This document shows, one piece after another, positions 27,036 through 39,636 of a DNA stretch of 64,000 bases. The notes beneath the pieces were generated by a model. It was not told where the DNA came from, searched no databases, and saw only the letters and a list, made by a program, of their open reading frames with translations. Both the position numbers and the translations under genes were made by a program. The stretch is taken from the NCBI GenBank assembly GCA_020536535.1, contig JAHLWZ010000729.1, forward strand, positions 1-64,000, read 5' to 3'. The number at the start of each line of letters is the position of its first letter. Positions within the stretch are counted from its first letter, which is position 1. This DNA comes from Pelomyxa schiedti (taxonomy: Eukaryota; Protista; Evosea).

Positions 27036-30000
27036 TCACAATCTTTTGTGGACATAGGGTGTTGGGGTGTATGGTGTTGTTCCTCCTGTGGAACTCACTT
27101 TGGCTTTTGCTGCCTCGTTGGGCCTGATGACAACGTATGGTGTGTTCTGTGCCACTGGCTGTTGCTGTTGCATTTTGTTCGTTTGGGTGAAATTGAAGCC
27201 GGAATTGGAATTGGTCTTGGAAGGAAGCTGTGGTTGTGGATAAGCAGGGTTTGTTGTGATGGTTGTTGCTGCCTGGGGAACTCTTTGAGGTGCGTGGAGT
27301 GGTGGAAGGAGCCTCGGCGTGGTGTTGGGGGGGCCCGAGTATTTGTTGTTGCTGCCGTATCTTGCAGGAGTTGATGTTGCCACTGATGATGCATTGTTGC
27401 TGCTGTTTGTGATGGCCGCTGGATTTGTGGATGGTCGGGTGGATGAGGGTGGGAATTGGGAAACCGAACGCGGTGAGGGGGAGAATGAAGGTGGGAGGGA
27501 TGATGAGGTGTTGGTGTTGGTTGCTTCGACGCCGCGAGAGTGTGCCGATCGTGAGGTTGAGAGTTCCATCGGAGATTGGAGGGCTCTAGGTACAGATAGT
27601 TATATGTGTGAATGTGAGTGGGAAGCTGGTTGTTTGCGCTTAGGAAGACTTACCTGCGTAGTACAAATACAGCCATTACTGCAATGGCGGCCGCTCGTAG
27701 CCGGTGCCTTGGTCTTTCCGGGGTTTGTACACCAGCATGGGAATTTGCTAAGTCTTGAAGCCGCGTGTTGATAAATTGGTACCTTGAGAGTATGGGAAGT
27801 ACAAAGAAAATGTGTGTGGAATGGAAAACGAGTACACACTGGTCCTCGGCTATGCTCACTCTCTGTAAAAGGTAATACTTTTGATCAAGCAAGTTTTGTC
27901 TATTGCTGAGATTAGAGGAGGTCATCGATATGGAGGAAGAAACATTCGCTTTTGCTGTTGTAGTAGTTGTTGCTCAGAACTCTTTAGGCACATTAGTTTG
28001 TGTCATAAAAAATACAAGTAATCACTTGAGGGAGAAATCATACAGAAACTCTGTTTCTTAGTTCTAAGCATTCTTGCCCCGATTCGCCAGAGTGAGAGTT
28101 CTGTGAGCCTCCTGGACTGGGGAAGATTAAAAGGAGGGACTGTCACTGGTACACTTTACCCTGAAGTACTGTTTATTCTGGCGACGCGCTGTTCAAGTGC
28201 TGTATGTATGTCTTTTAAGTTTTGCATAGCCCCATCTGGGATTTCAAGTTGCTTTTGCTTCGATCTCACTTCTTGGAGCATCCTAAATTGTGTTTCTTTG
28301 GAAAGAACACTGAGTTATTACCTAAAAAATTGGTTGCGCTCTTTGGAATACTTCAGTTTGCATTTCTTAAATTCTGAGAATAATGAATTTCTACGATGTA
28401 TTTGCATAAAATACCGGACTTGGCTTTTTCTAAGTTATCTGTCCAGTGTTGAGCAAAAAGAGAAAACATTCAAACAAACCTGAAAGATCTTGATTTTGCT
28501 GTAATACACGGGCATTTTCTTCCTTCAACACATCAAAACTCTCCTTCAATAATGACAAGTCAACACTACATATTCTATGGTACAAAACATACTTGGAGTG
28601 CCTCAAGAGCTACGGCTGAGAGGGCCTGTTTTTGCCCTGTTTTAGCTTCATTTGATAGAGCAGCACGAGTTGATGCAGAAAACACTTCAGTGTGCTTCTT
28701 TACATTCATTGAACTCTTTTCACTATTTCGGCTGTTAAAACAAAAAAGACGTGAGGAGAAGTACCACTGCAGTGAGTCGCGCTCTGCCTCCAATTCTCCT
28801 CTTAACCTTTCTAGTTGCTGCCTTTCTTCTGACAAAGCCACTCTATCGTTAGTCAGTTGCTGCCTCTGGATATCCAGCCTCAATTTTTCACGCTCAATTG
28901 CTTTCCGCTCTTGGTTACTCCAATGTTTGAAGTCCGTTTCTTGCTGCTGGACCTGGACAGCGTGCTCCACAGCTGTATCTACATCCTTTATGGCAGCATC
29001 TGCACTACGTACTCTTCCTTGGAGGGTACTTTGTTGCTGCTCCAATTCCGCTCGCTGATGTTCTAAATTTGACTGCACACGAGACATTGCATCACACAGG
29101 TCTTGAAATTGTCGTAAACTGGAAAGAATGTCATCGGAATTACCACGCAGGCCAGCACCGATTACTTTTGAGACAAGTGGGCTATTTCTCATGTGGTGTA
29201 TAGTCTCACGGAGGGCTTTATGTGCCTCAAAGAGTTCCGTTTTCAAACGAAGAAACTCTTCACACACTTGTGATACAGATCTAGGTCCCTGAGTCCTCTT
29301 CTGCGAGCTTTGTTGTATGACCGCTTCGAGAAGCTGAGAATCGGATTCTAACTTGATTTCTCTGTCACGCAGCAATGTTCTAGTTTTATCTAACTGGGCT
29401 TGATTACTACCCATAGAGTCTTGTAGATGCCTGAGGTGGTCACATAGCTGGGAGACACTACTTGTGTTGACTTTGTTATTAGAAATAGCAGCAGTCACAG
29501 TACGCAATTCTTCAGTAATTTTGTACAGAGAATGTTGGGCTTCACTTTTCTGGGTTTCTACTGAGTCTATCAACTTTTGGAGTGCAGAACACAAGTCAGT
29601 CACAGAGGTTGAAGGTGAAATGCTAGAAGAGGTTGCATTGCGAGAAATGACTGTTTCAATAGCTTGTATATCACGAGATAAGCCAACACGTTGTGATGCA
29701 ATATCCCTTTGTGCTTTTAACACTGCAGATTTTTCCCTGTTCACCTCATCGAGCCAGGCTTTTATGTGCTCACATAACTGGGATAAAGAACAGTCTTCTC
29801 CAGGATTCCAGCCAAGTTCTGGTAAAGACAAGCCTGTTTGAGAGGAGACTTGAAGTACAAAATCAGATAGTAACTTCTGATTGGTTGTTGATTGGGTGGC
29901 TGCCTCTTTGGCGGATATAAGTTGCATTTGTGCATCGTACTGTGCACTAGCAAGTTGCTCACACATCAATCGAATTTGCTCTAGTTGTTCACTGATTTGG

Positions 30001-33000
30001 GGTGGCAGATCACCAAGGTAATTTGAAGGAAGTGTGCAAATGCCTTTATTACTGTTGACTTCCCCAGCTCCACGAGTATGCTGTATAAGGAGCTCTGATA
30101 ATATCAACTGAACTGCACTGCACACTTTTGTCCCGTTGGCATTTGTATGTTCTTGGGGTGTGGATAGGAGTTTCGTATTTACCTCCTCTAATTGTCTCTT
30201 TTTTTCTTCGAGTTCTTTAGACATTTTTGTTAGTTGGTCTCTTTGCTCCCCAGCACTCTTTTGGGTAATACTGGCTTCAAGTAAGTTTTTTTTTTTGGCT
30301 TCTAGCTCGGCACATTCATCACGCATTTGTACGACCACAGCATACAACTCACTCCTTTTTTGATTTAAATCGTGAACTGCCTTCTTTTGTTGCAATGCAG
30401 ATCGTCTGAGTTCTGTCAACTTTTGCTCAAAAAGTGCTGCATCACCAAAGGAGGCATGAGGAAGAGATGGTACCATATTCATCTCTTGGACTTGCCGAAG
30501 TACGGATTCATTTTGCGTTTTAAGCTGGACCATTCTAAGGGACCCTTTTTAAAAGTAATATCCAATTAAAAATGGGCTATACTTGGATTGCAATGAGATA
30601 AAGCAATCTATAGCACTTGCCTCTTTCCTTTTATTCCTGAGAAAGAAGAAAGAAAGGAAAAGAAACATACAATCTTGAGGAATTTGTCCGCCTTGTTTTT
30701 GTTGCCCAGAAGGGTTAGATGGCGAGGGGAGAAAAGAAGTACACACCCTGGCATCTTGACAATTTCTGCTGAGTGCTCAAGTAAGTGAACTTGGTCTTGA
30801 GGATGTGGATGTCTTTGAAGCCTCACAGGGTTCGAGAGCAGGGAAATTTCAGTTTTATTGGTCTTTGTATCGACTTCTTGGGGAACAGAAGCATTCTGTT
30901 CACTTTTAACATTTCCGTATTCAGAATCGGTTTGGTGATCCTCTTCATCTTCAAAAATGTCTTCTACAATTTCTTCACTCTCTGTTGTCAGTGAAAACTT
31001 TGTCTTCTGTGGTTGAATAGCTATATCCTCCAGGTTTTGATCCGACGGTAATTGTTCTGTAGATTTTTGAATACCGTTCTCTTGAGGTGAATTGTTTGTG
31101 AGAATACGTTGACTGGAGTTACTTGGAGAATTGGTTTTCACCTAAGTATGTAAATAGGAAGGGCTCAGAAAAGTGATGGATAGAAACCTTCTGGAAGGAG
31201 TCCTTGTGGGGTGAACTTGGTTCTACTTGTTGTGACGGTTTCATATTTATCAATTTTGGCTGCTGAACATTTTGACCAGCAAGTTGTGGCAACTTGGTTC
31301 CAGCCTTCAATTCAATCTGAGGTACCTAGAAAGATGTCCTTACTGGAGATGAAAATAATTCTAAATACCTGATTGCAAAGACTTGCTAGAGTTGGAGTAA
31401 TTGGTTGGCCATTATGCGGATAGAGTTTCTCAGGTGGGTTGCTGGATGGTATTGTTGAAGTAGAAGTAGTGGTTACGGGAGTAGCAGGTTCTACATCAGA
31501 TCTGTGGGGCATTTGAAGGACGGGATTCTGGGTATTTGGAGATTCTGCATCTGAAAGTACAAAGTCACTTTCTTGGTTATCATTAAGCTGTTGCTCTGGG
31601 CATTCATCGTCACTATTTAAACCACTGTGTGGGCTCTGGGCACCACCAGATTCATACGAATAATTAGGGTTCATGACACCTGGGCCATCATTGGAGCCAT
31701 CACCAATACTCCCACTAGCTCCCTCCAATTGAATTGTAGAGGCACCTTCATCACTGGGTCTACGAAGAGCGTTGTCATTATCACCATCATTAGACTCACC
31801 TTCCCAACCACCATCCGTAGAATGATGACTTGGCAGGGCATCATCACTATTCTCACTGTTATTCTCAACAGGTGCGCTGCTCCCATCAGTTTCATTTGAA
31901 ACACCATCATCTTTGAAACTTCTTTCAAAGTGATTTTCGTCCTTGGGAAGTTTTGACACAGGATTGTCTGCCTCCCCATCACTCAAAATTAGTGCATTGT
32001 CACTCCCATCACCACAGTCACTATAGACTCCATCATACACAACACTGGCGCTGCCACTGTAACTACCATTTGCACAGTTGCCATTTAAACCATCACCACT
32101 GGCGTTGCTGTTGCCCCCATATGCATCATCTTCGTTGCAGCCTTCACCACCTTCAGAAGTGTGGGAATCTGAATTGGCTCTATCATCAATCGCATCCGTT
32201 ATTTCCGCGGGAGCATTAAGCTCATCATATTCTGGTTCTCCAGAACTTGTAGGGTGGTCTTCTTTCCCGGTGTCACTTGAAAATGCATCACTATTGTCAT
32301 GGTCACTGGGTTCAAAGGTGTCATGTGTGGATAAATCAGTGGATGGAACTAACACTTGGAAGGAATGAGTTTTCTTTGAATTTGATGGGCCAGAATTTGC
32401 ATCTGACTGGATGGATGAGCTATTCACTGCAGGAAAACGAGAGTTGTACTTGCTAGCAGGGAGTGCTGAGGTTGGTACTTGATTCTTGATGTTGGGTGGA
32501 GTGGATGCTGCAGATTGAGTAGGAAGGCTCCTTGGTTGGTTGTCTCCAGAGGGACTGGTTGTTCGTGGGTCAACTCGACTTCTTTGGTGTTGCTGCCCAG
32601 CTAGTTGATAATCATCTTCCACTGATGCAGAGTTCTCTTCCATGTCTCCGTTGTCTCCTTCCTCCACACTATATTCCCCACCTTCATTCCCGTACTCCTC
32701 ATCGCCTGGGTCACCACCCTCGTTTTCCTCGTAGTACTCACCATCACTTTCATATCCCGGCTCCCCACTTGCGGGTTCATTTTCATTTCCTTCATCTGTT
32801 ATCGCATTCGCATTGGTCCCCCGTTTCGATTGCCGGTCCTCTGCCTCCTCCATCGAAGCCCGCTGTTGCTGTTGCTGTTGCCGTTCTTGTTCTTGTTCTT
32901 GCTGCTGCCGAATTTGGTTCTCATCAGTTGGAGACGAATTCCCGCCCTGCGATGGCGGTGCTGACCGTAGTTGCTGCGTCAGTGCTCGCGGTGGTTGGGA

Positions 33001-33480
33001 AGCGGGGGCGCGGGCCCATTCGCGCCTCTGTGTAGTTGCTGCTCCCGTCGGCGCCCGCGCCGTGCCGCCCGTGGTGGCGGTGCTTGCGCTTGTGGGGGAA
33101 GTGGCACCCCGACCCGAGCCCGAGGCCGACCCCGAGCCAGAGGTAATCGACGGTGCGGAAGCCGTATCTCCCGCGGAGCCCCTCGTGCCCCCGCCCACTG
33201 GTGCCGGCGGCGCTGTGGCCGAGGTAGGTGCCGAAGTGCTGGGCAGCGCACCTTGGTGCTGCTGCTGCTGCTGTTGTCGTTGTTGCTGCTGTGGTGGTTG
33301 TGTGGGTGCTGCTTCCTTTACAGTTGGGCGCCCGTTTTGCTGAAGCGCGGCTTGCGGCGGTATTTTGGTGGCTACAGTTGGTTTTGTTGTTGGTTGCTCG
33401 GGCGTGACCTTGGGTTGTGGCCGACGCCCAGGCATTTCAATAGGGGCCAATTGGCGCCCCCCGCTTGGTCCTCGCATCAT
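27036..33480 (-). CDS. Large hypothetical protein: acidic/disordered N-terminus, long coiled coil, S/T/P-rich tail
   Basis: Co-oriented long exons 31312-33480, 30608-31141, 28575-30533 (heptad-like) and 27036-27569, separated by short intron-like gaps. Confidence 0.65.
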
Positions 33481-33727
33481 TGTGGGGTGGTCTCGTTGCA
33501 AACGAGCGCGGCTGCGGAGCAAAAACGAAAATCACGGTTTCGGCCGAAAAAGGAATTCGACAGAAAGTTTGTCAAGTGGGACGAAAGCGACAGCGTTCCG
33601 GTTTGTTGATTTTTTTTATTGCCCACCGGTGTTTTGCAAAGCCAGTCACGTGTGTGGAAGGCTTAGGTTGGCGGTAGATACAATGGCAGTGTTGGAGGTA
33701 CACTGTAGTGCTCGGTGAAAGAGGTAT

Positions 33728-36174
33728 TCAGTGACGGTCGGCAGAAGGTGGGTGGGGTGAAGGTGTTGGGGTGGTTTGGGCTTGGTTTTGTGGATTGGAA
33801 TTGCTTGTACGTGATCCAGGCAGTTCAGTGTTATCGGATTTACCAACTTGCTCTTCAGCGGAATTCGGTTGTTCGGCGGAGGTTCTTCTTGGTTCCGGAG
33901 CAGGCCTCAGTGATACAGAATGGGGAGCTCCGGGGTCTTGTCCTTGTCTGTGAAGGGCGACAACGGACTTGAGGAGGTCGAGCAAAGTCTGACCTTTGCA
34001 CTTGATCTTATTCGATTTAAGGTACTTCTTCACCGGCTTCTTTTTCAATTTGTTTTCAGCTTCATTAATGAATGCTTCAGCTACAATGAACAAAAATGAG
34101 GAGAAAGAATGTATAGTAGGCGCTGCTGACACACATTTTAATAACTGCAGAACTTCCTTCTGTAAAGTTTCTTCCTCCTGCAACTGCTTAGCAATCATTT
34201 CAGTCTCCAGTTTGTTGAACTGGGGTACATATGGGGGCCTTGGCCTCTTCACAACAATTTTAGGCAACTTGTTACCTGTAGGAACCGGGAGTACAATGGA
34301 AGGTGTTGGTAGTGCTGCTGTAGGTGGAAGTGGTTCAGTTGACTTGCTTGGCAGGCGGGGCAAGGAAGAGACCTCAGCGTGAAACTGTTCTGAAAGTATC
34401 TGAACTGCTTGTTCATCACCCCGAAGAAGGCGTTCAGCAATTTGGATGGCCTTACAAAGCAAGGCGGGACTCTGCACTTCTTCCTCAGTGTGATGTTCAA
34501 ACAACACCAAATTTTGGAACAGAGAGAAGGTGAAAGTTTGTGCCAGCTTCATCCGGCCTAGGGGGTGCAGTAGGGCTTGATTTGTGGCAGCAGTAAAGTC
34601 CATGCCTCGTAGAAAAAGCTGGATTGCACGGAGGTGTTTGGGACAGAGAGGGCGGGAGCAGCTAACACCAGAGTTGGGCAAAAGAACTTGGGCCACTAGC
34701 GGATTTAAGCAGCATCTGGGAATTGAATCCTTCAATAAGCTCGTAGTCACAAGAGCAGCAGCTACAACGCCACCATAAGGCAGCACAGAGAGCCGACGCA
34801 GTGTGGATTCCAAATGCTCGAGGTGCTCGGAATATAGCCAATCATGCAGGGAACTAATGGTCTTCAACTTACAGGGAGTAATTTCTTTGTGAATCAGAAG
34901 ATCTTGTGAGTGAAAATGAGATTATTGAGTGCCTTTTGAGTACTCATACCTGAAAAGGAGATACTCTTCTGCATCAGGTGCTCGTGGGTCTTGGGGAGAG
35001 CTGCTTGTAGAATGTTGAGGAATGGAACCATGAAGCCATGGGATGGCTGAGTCCCGGGTTCTGTAAAGGCTGCATCTTCAAGGACAATACCAGAGCAAAC
35101 TTCCCAGCACAGAGGTGCCCATATGTTGTGCTGTGTGAGGAAATCACTATGCAGCGGACAAAGCCTCACGCGCATCTCCTCTAAGCTTTCCGGAATATAA
35201 TGTTCAAATAAGTAACGAAAGTGTGCCTGATGCTTGTCGAAAATTTCGGGTGTACATCTACTCTGTAGGTAAGAAAGCATTTGGTGGCAGGAATCCCCGG
35301 AATCCCCCAAAGATGATGGCCTGTACTCCCGGACAAATGCCATCAACGCGTTGGGAGTAGTGGGCAGTGATCTTCGAATATCTAGACACCCAGCAGAGTT
35401 TCCTGATAAAACTGCCAAAAGAGCTGTGTGGTATGGCTCCAATGTCAATTTGGTGCACAACTCCTCCCTGGCGGCTATAATGAATGTCACAAATTAGGAA
35501 GCAGATACAAAGTGACATCGTACCTGGTTATGCATTTGAATGAAGGGTATCGTATCCAAGATGTGACACCCTGGTAAAACAGGATTTGGTTGTCATTTTC
35601 GCCAGACAATACGCCAACGGCTTGCCGTTCCCTTAAAGGCTTCGAATACGACGAGCAACACGAAAGGGTGCGTGCCGTACAAAACAGCGGGGAAACCCCT
35701 TGGGTGAGGAACGTTGCAGTGATCGCATCTTGGAGGAGAAGTAACTGGGGCAGAGGCGGCAGAGGCTGAGGAACAGGAAGTGGCTGGTGCCGCGGGTGCC
35801 CTCTTGTCTTTGGGCCTTTCTAGGCGCTCCCATAACGATCTTTGGCGAGAGGGGTTGTTGGGGTCTTGTCGGGGTCCAAGAATTGGAATCATGACATTGT
35901 CAAGTAGCCGAAGACTTTCATCGTGCACGTTGCATCCTTTTGCCAACAGCCATCGCAACATCCTTCTATTGGGAGAAGCACAATTGGAGTCAGTGCTTTT
36001 TGCGTCATTTCTGACAGAAACGATGTGAAATGATGCCGAAGTCCGAGAAAGTACCGTTGGTGAAGGTCCAGGCAAAAATCAGGCTGGACCCGTCCACTAC
36101 AACGGGGGAGACTGTGATAGGCGCAACAAAATCGTGTTCCTGCACCTCAAAATCACTAACAATCTGTTCACAAC
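33728..36174 (-). pseudogene. PIN/Asteroid-like gene, copy with a disrupted 5' end
   Basis: 3' exons are open (REELCTKLTLEPYHTALLAVLSGNS, H3TH-like; then a 379-aa ORF). Relative to copy 1 it lacks the ATG exon, has a 10-bp frameshifting deletion near 36028 and a ~110-bp deletion near 35631. Confidence 0.55.
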
Positions 36175-37187
36175 CTATGTTTGTGTGATGAGACGCACTA
36201 GTCTTTTACCACTTGTTGATTTTTTCAGCTCAACATATTTTTGGGACGCAACCAGAGCACACTACTCGTCGTGCTTCCACATATCCAGTAGGAATTCCAC
36301 ATACAACCGCGTAAGTGCTTATCCAAAAACATACCCCATAGAATCCCATCCAAGCAAAAGCGAGACAGCAACAAAACCGATTTTCATATTTGCAACCTTG
36401 GACCCAGAGTGAATACCCTCCCATTAAAAGGAGGTTCCTTTTTGCAGCCATCGTCCACCTGAGATACCAGCAATATGACCCACCTTGAACAAAAGTATAA
36501 CCGCAGCCCCACCTTCAATTAAACCAGTATAACCAGTAGCCGTCAAACCTCCGTCAAACCAAACACACAACAAAACAAACAAAGCATCACGCAAACCAAA
36601 AAAATAACCCAACACAACGCGGTAGCAGACACCTACACCACCACCAATCCCCCTCAACCCCCTCTGTCGTTCCCAGTATAAAAAGTTCGTAATAAATGCC
36701 CCTACATGTGGGCTTAATTCGTTGCGTAGCTCAACGGTAGAGCGCCTGGAGAACAGGGTTAGAAGTGTCGGTTCGACTCCCACCGTGTCCGTATCTCACA
36801 ATTTTTTTTTTCCCCCCTTTTTTGGCTGTGGTTTGGGGATGCATGATACTCACCCCCAAACACCACAACACCAGAGAGATCCACTGCTGCTGCGTGCCCC
36901 ACCCAAAAGTCTTTTCGCTTTGCTCAATCTTTTGGGTGGTTACCGTTTTTTTGGTGTTTCCCAGCGGCCTTTCGATGCAAAAAAGCATAGACCCCTTTTG
37001 GTAAACTTGTATGTCTTTGCGGAAAACTGTAGCTTTTTTCCTCTTCCTTTTTGGCTCTACTCATGTTTTTTTTTACTCTACTGTCACAGTGACCTGCACT
37101 TCATTGTCGTCATCTGCTACTTTTGGTGGCAAAGGGGATACACGGGCACTGAAACCAGGGCCACTTGGTGTGATGGTAACCTGCTCG
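35512..37187. repeat. Copy 2 of the duplicated segment
   Basis: Direct match to 1-1584, with an extra ~305 bp at about 36400-36705. Confidence 0.95.
36720..36791 (+). ncRNA. tRNA-like Pol III unit, second copy
   Basis: Identical to 1143-1210 from GCGTAGCTC onward; differs only at the 5' acceptor strand; followed by a T run. Confidence 0.72.
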
Positions 37188-39308
37188 CCACTAGTCACAA
37201 ATGGTAGCGAGAGCCTTTGCCCATAGCTCACTCTTCTCTCACCTGTAGAGTGTTAGCACAGCCACTTTTTTTTTTTTGAAATATTTTCACCTGTGGCTGT
37301 TGGCTCAGTATGGGACAATTCCAGAACAACGGTTGTCTTTACAGAGTCCTTTGTTGTTCAGTTGAGAAGAAATGGAACAAAGGGAGGGTAGTGTACTTCT
37401 TGCAACAAGCGCAATTTAACAGAACCATCAAATTTACAGGGTGTCACGCCCATGACAACAGAATTTCCGTCTTGCTTCACTGACACTTGCACCTAGGTCG
37501 ATGTTAGAATTGGCTGGCAAAAAGCATGTATACCTGTGCCGATGTAGTTTCAATCTTGGGAAGCGATTGCGTGTGAACGAGTTGATCCTTTTCAATGTTC
37601 GCTTCCACTGCGAGCTTATTTTTCATGATGTAGGCTTTAAGTTTCCCATTTGAAATTCTGTACAGTAAAACATTAGAAGGCATCAGAAGAGCTTTAATAT
37701 ACTTCGGCATTAGGGAACCCACAGGGAAATAGAAAGGAATTTGCCATCCAGTTCGGGAATCGGGAGTGCTGTGCCCAAATCAGTTTGCTTGGGAAACAAC
37801 AAAGTAGTTACCAAACTATAATAGAGGATCCCTTCTTGAAGACAGTGTAAGACTCAGGGCCAAGGGGTGCATCCATCTCCACCCAGTAGGCTTCAGCATT
37901 TTCTATACAAATGAGTTTATTACAATAAGTATGCCGGAAAACCAGATATTGTCTTGGGTGTGTCAGATTTTGGGGGAGATGGAGTAGGTGTTGGAGTTGG
38001 GGTGGGAGTAGGTGGGTTAGTTGGTGTGACAGCTGGAGTCGAGGCAGGGGTGACTTTGGGTGTAACAGGTGCAATAGTGGGAAGAATGCCGGGTGTAGCA
38101 GAAGGGTTGGTATCAAAGTCACCTGCCAGTATCAATACAGCCATATTCCCATATTTTGAGTGAGGACCCACAGAAATGCCAGCCTAAAGGAAGTAAACAT
38201 ATTACCACAGAGTTGTTGCACAGACCACTCGGCAAGATATATCAAACAAACGAGTGCGGTCAACTTTTTTGGACTCACCATCTGAAATTATCAGCTGTAT
38301 AATATGTTAAACTTTTTATTATTTTCTTTTGCTACAAAAACCTGTGCAACCACATCAAAGGCGTTAAGGGCACCATAGGAGAAGAGCTCAAAAAGCTAAG
38401 GAACAATCAGTGGAAGAACAAAGTCTTGCTCGAAGTACCCTTATTCTCCAGGCACCATATCTGGTGTACCTCTGGGAGGGTGTGGTACCATCAGACATTG
38501 TGTCATTTGTCTCACCTTATCAGAGAGCTTAGAAACTGAAGTTGTAAGCACGGAAGAACCTCTGGGGCCTGCATCAAGGACCAGGTCTCTTGCAGAGTGT
38601 GATAAAGGCTCACAAAATGTGAGAGGTTCTCTGGCTCCTGCACGACGAAGGAATGCTATAGCAGCGTCAACTGCCTCAATTCCATCCGTTGTTTCTCTCT
38701 CGCCTACACCCGATACAATTTGCCGCTTACCTTCGACGATTCAGTCCAAAAAAAAAAGGCACAAACACACAAACCTCTAAATGTGTGTAAAGTTGTAAGA
38801 ATACGATCTGCAAACGCCGCCGGTGCAGTGCGAGCTGCATTAAGCTCTTTGAATACATCTTCTGCAGTGAATTTTGGTGCCACCAAAGTTTTATTGGCGA
38901 CAGCCTTCGATACAGCAGCAGGTCCCTGGGTAGTATTTTGTTTATGTTATTAAGATTGCATATTAACGTACTTGTGCAGCAAGGCCAAAAAGCTTGGCCA
39001 TTCTTTCTTCCTCTCTTTTATTTTGTTCTTCAGTTGCCTTTAGACCTCTGTCAAATGGTAGGTGTTATCCACCCATCAGTTATTGTTATTTTTATTTTTT
39101 TATTCTTATTTTTCATTATTATGTTGAACCTATCGTCAGTGTCGCCGGTTGGCGAAGACGCCGAAGTTGAAGTGGCCGTCGGTTTAGTTGTCAACGGCTC
39201 TCCGCACGTCATACAAAACTATTCGGTTCATGTTAGTTGGTCGCGTCGTTGCGTAGGGTGCCTAACCTTTCCCGACGCCGCTGTAGCGTGACATCCCGTG
39301 CAAATCAT
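37073..39308 (-). CDS. Zinc-ribbon + CAP/SCP domain + PT linker + HSP20-like C-terminal region
   Basis: MICTGCHA...K|FCMTCG; VFKELNAARTAPAAFA, DGTTPSQRYTRYG, GISVGPHSKYGNMAVL; beta-rich tail YGQRLSLPF (HSP20-like call tentative). Confidence 0.7.
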
Positions 39309-39636
39309 TTTTTATTTTTATTGTTTTTCTTGTGTTTGCGGAAAGAGTGCAGTGCCCCTTCAAAAGTTTTTCTCGTCGCTGGCACTCGGGAGAGGAAGAA
39401 TACCGACCTTGCGGCAGAGTGTACCTTCGCACGCAGAAAAGGTAGAACCGAGAATTCATTCTCCACGGAACCACAAGGAAAGTGTATCGTGGGAATTGTT
39501 CAACTTCAGTGAGTAAATTTGGTTGTTTTCCTTGATCAACGGCAGGTAAAAGCTCCAGTTTTCCCCCCACAAACAAAGTGGTGGAGTTGAGGGAAAATTA
39601 GTTGAAAACAAACAGGAAAACAAAGAGAAAATTAAC

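Noticed and set aside
35512-37187. Whole duplicated segment as a transposon
   Set aside because: It contains parts of two host genes and shows no terminal repeats or transposase; haplotype or segmental duplication fits better
37158-37223. A-box-like TGGTGTGATGG plus hairpin CTCGCCACTA/TGGTAGCGAG as a second tRNA, ribozyme or Helitron end
   Set aside because: No B box or ribozyme core; it is the antisense of the last coding exon of the CAP gene
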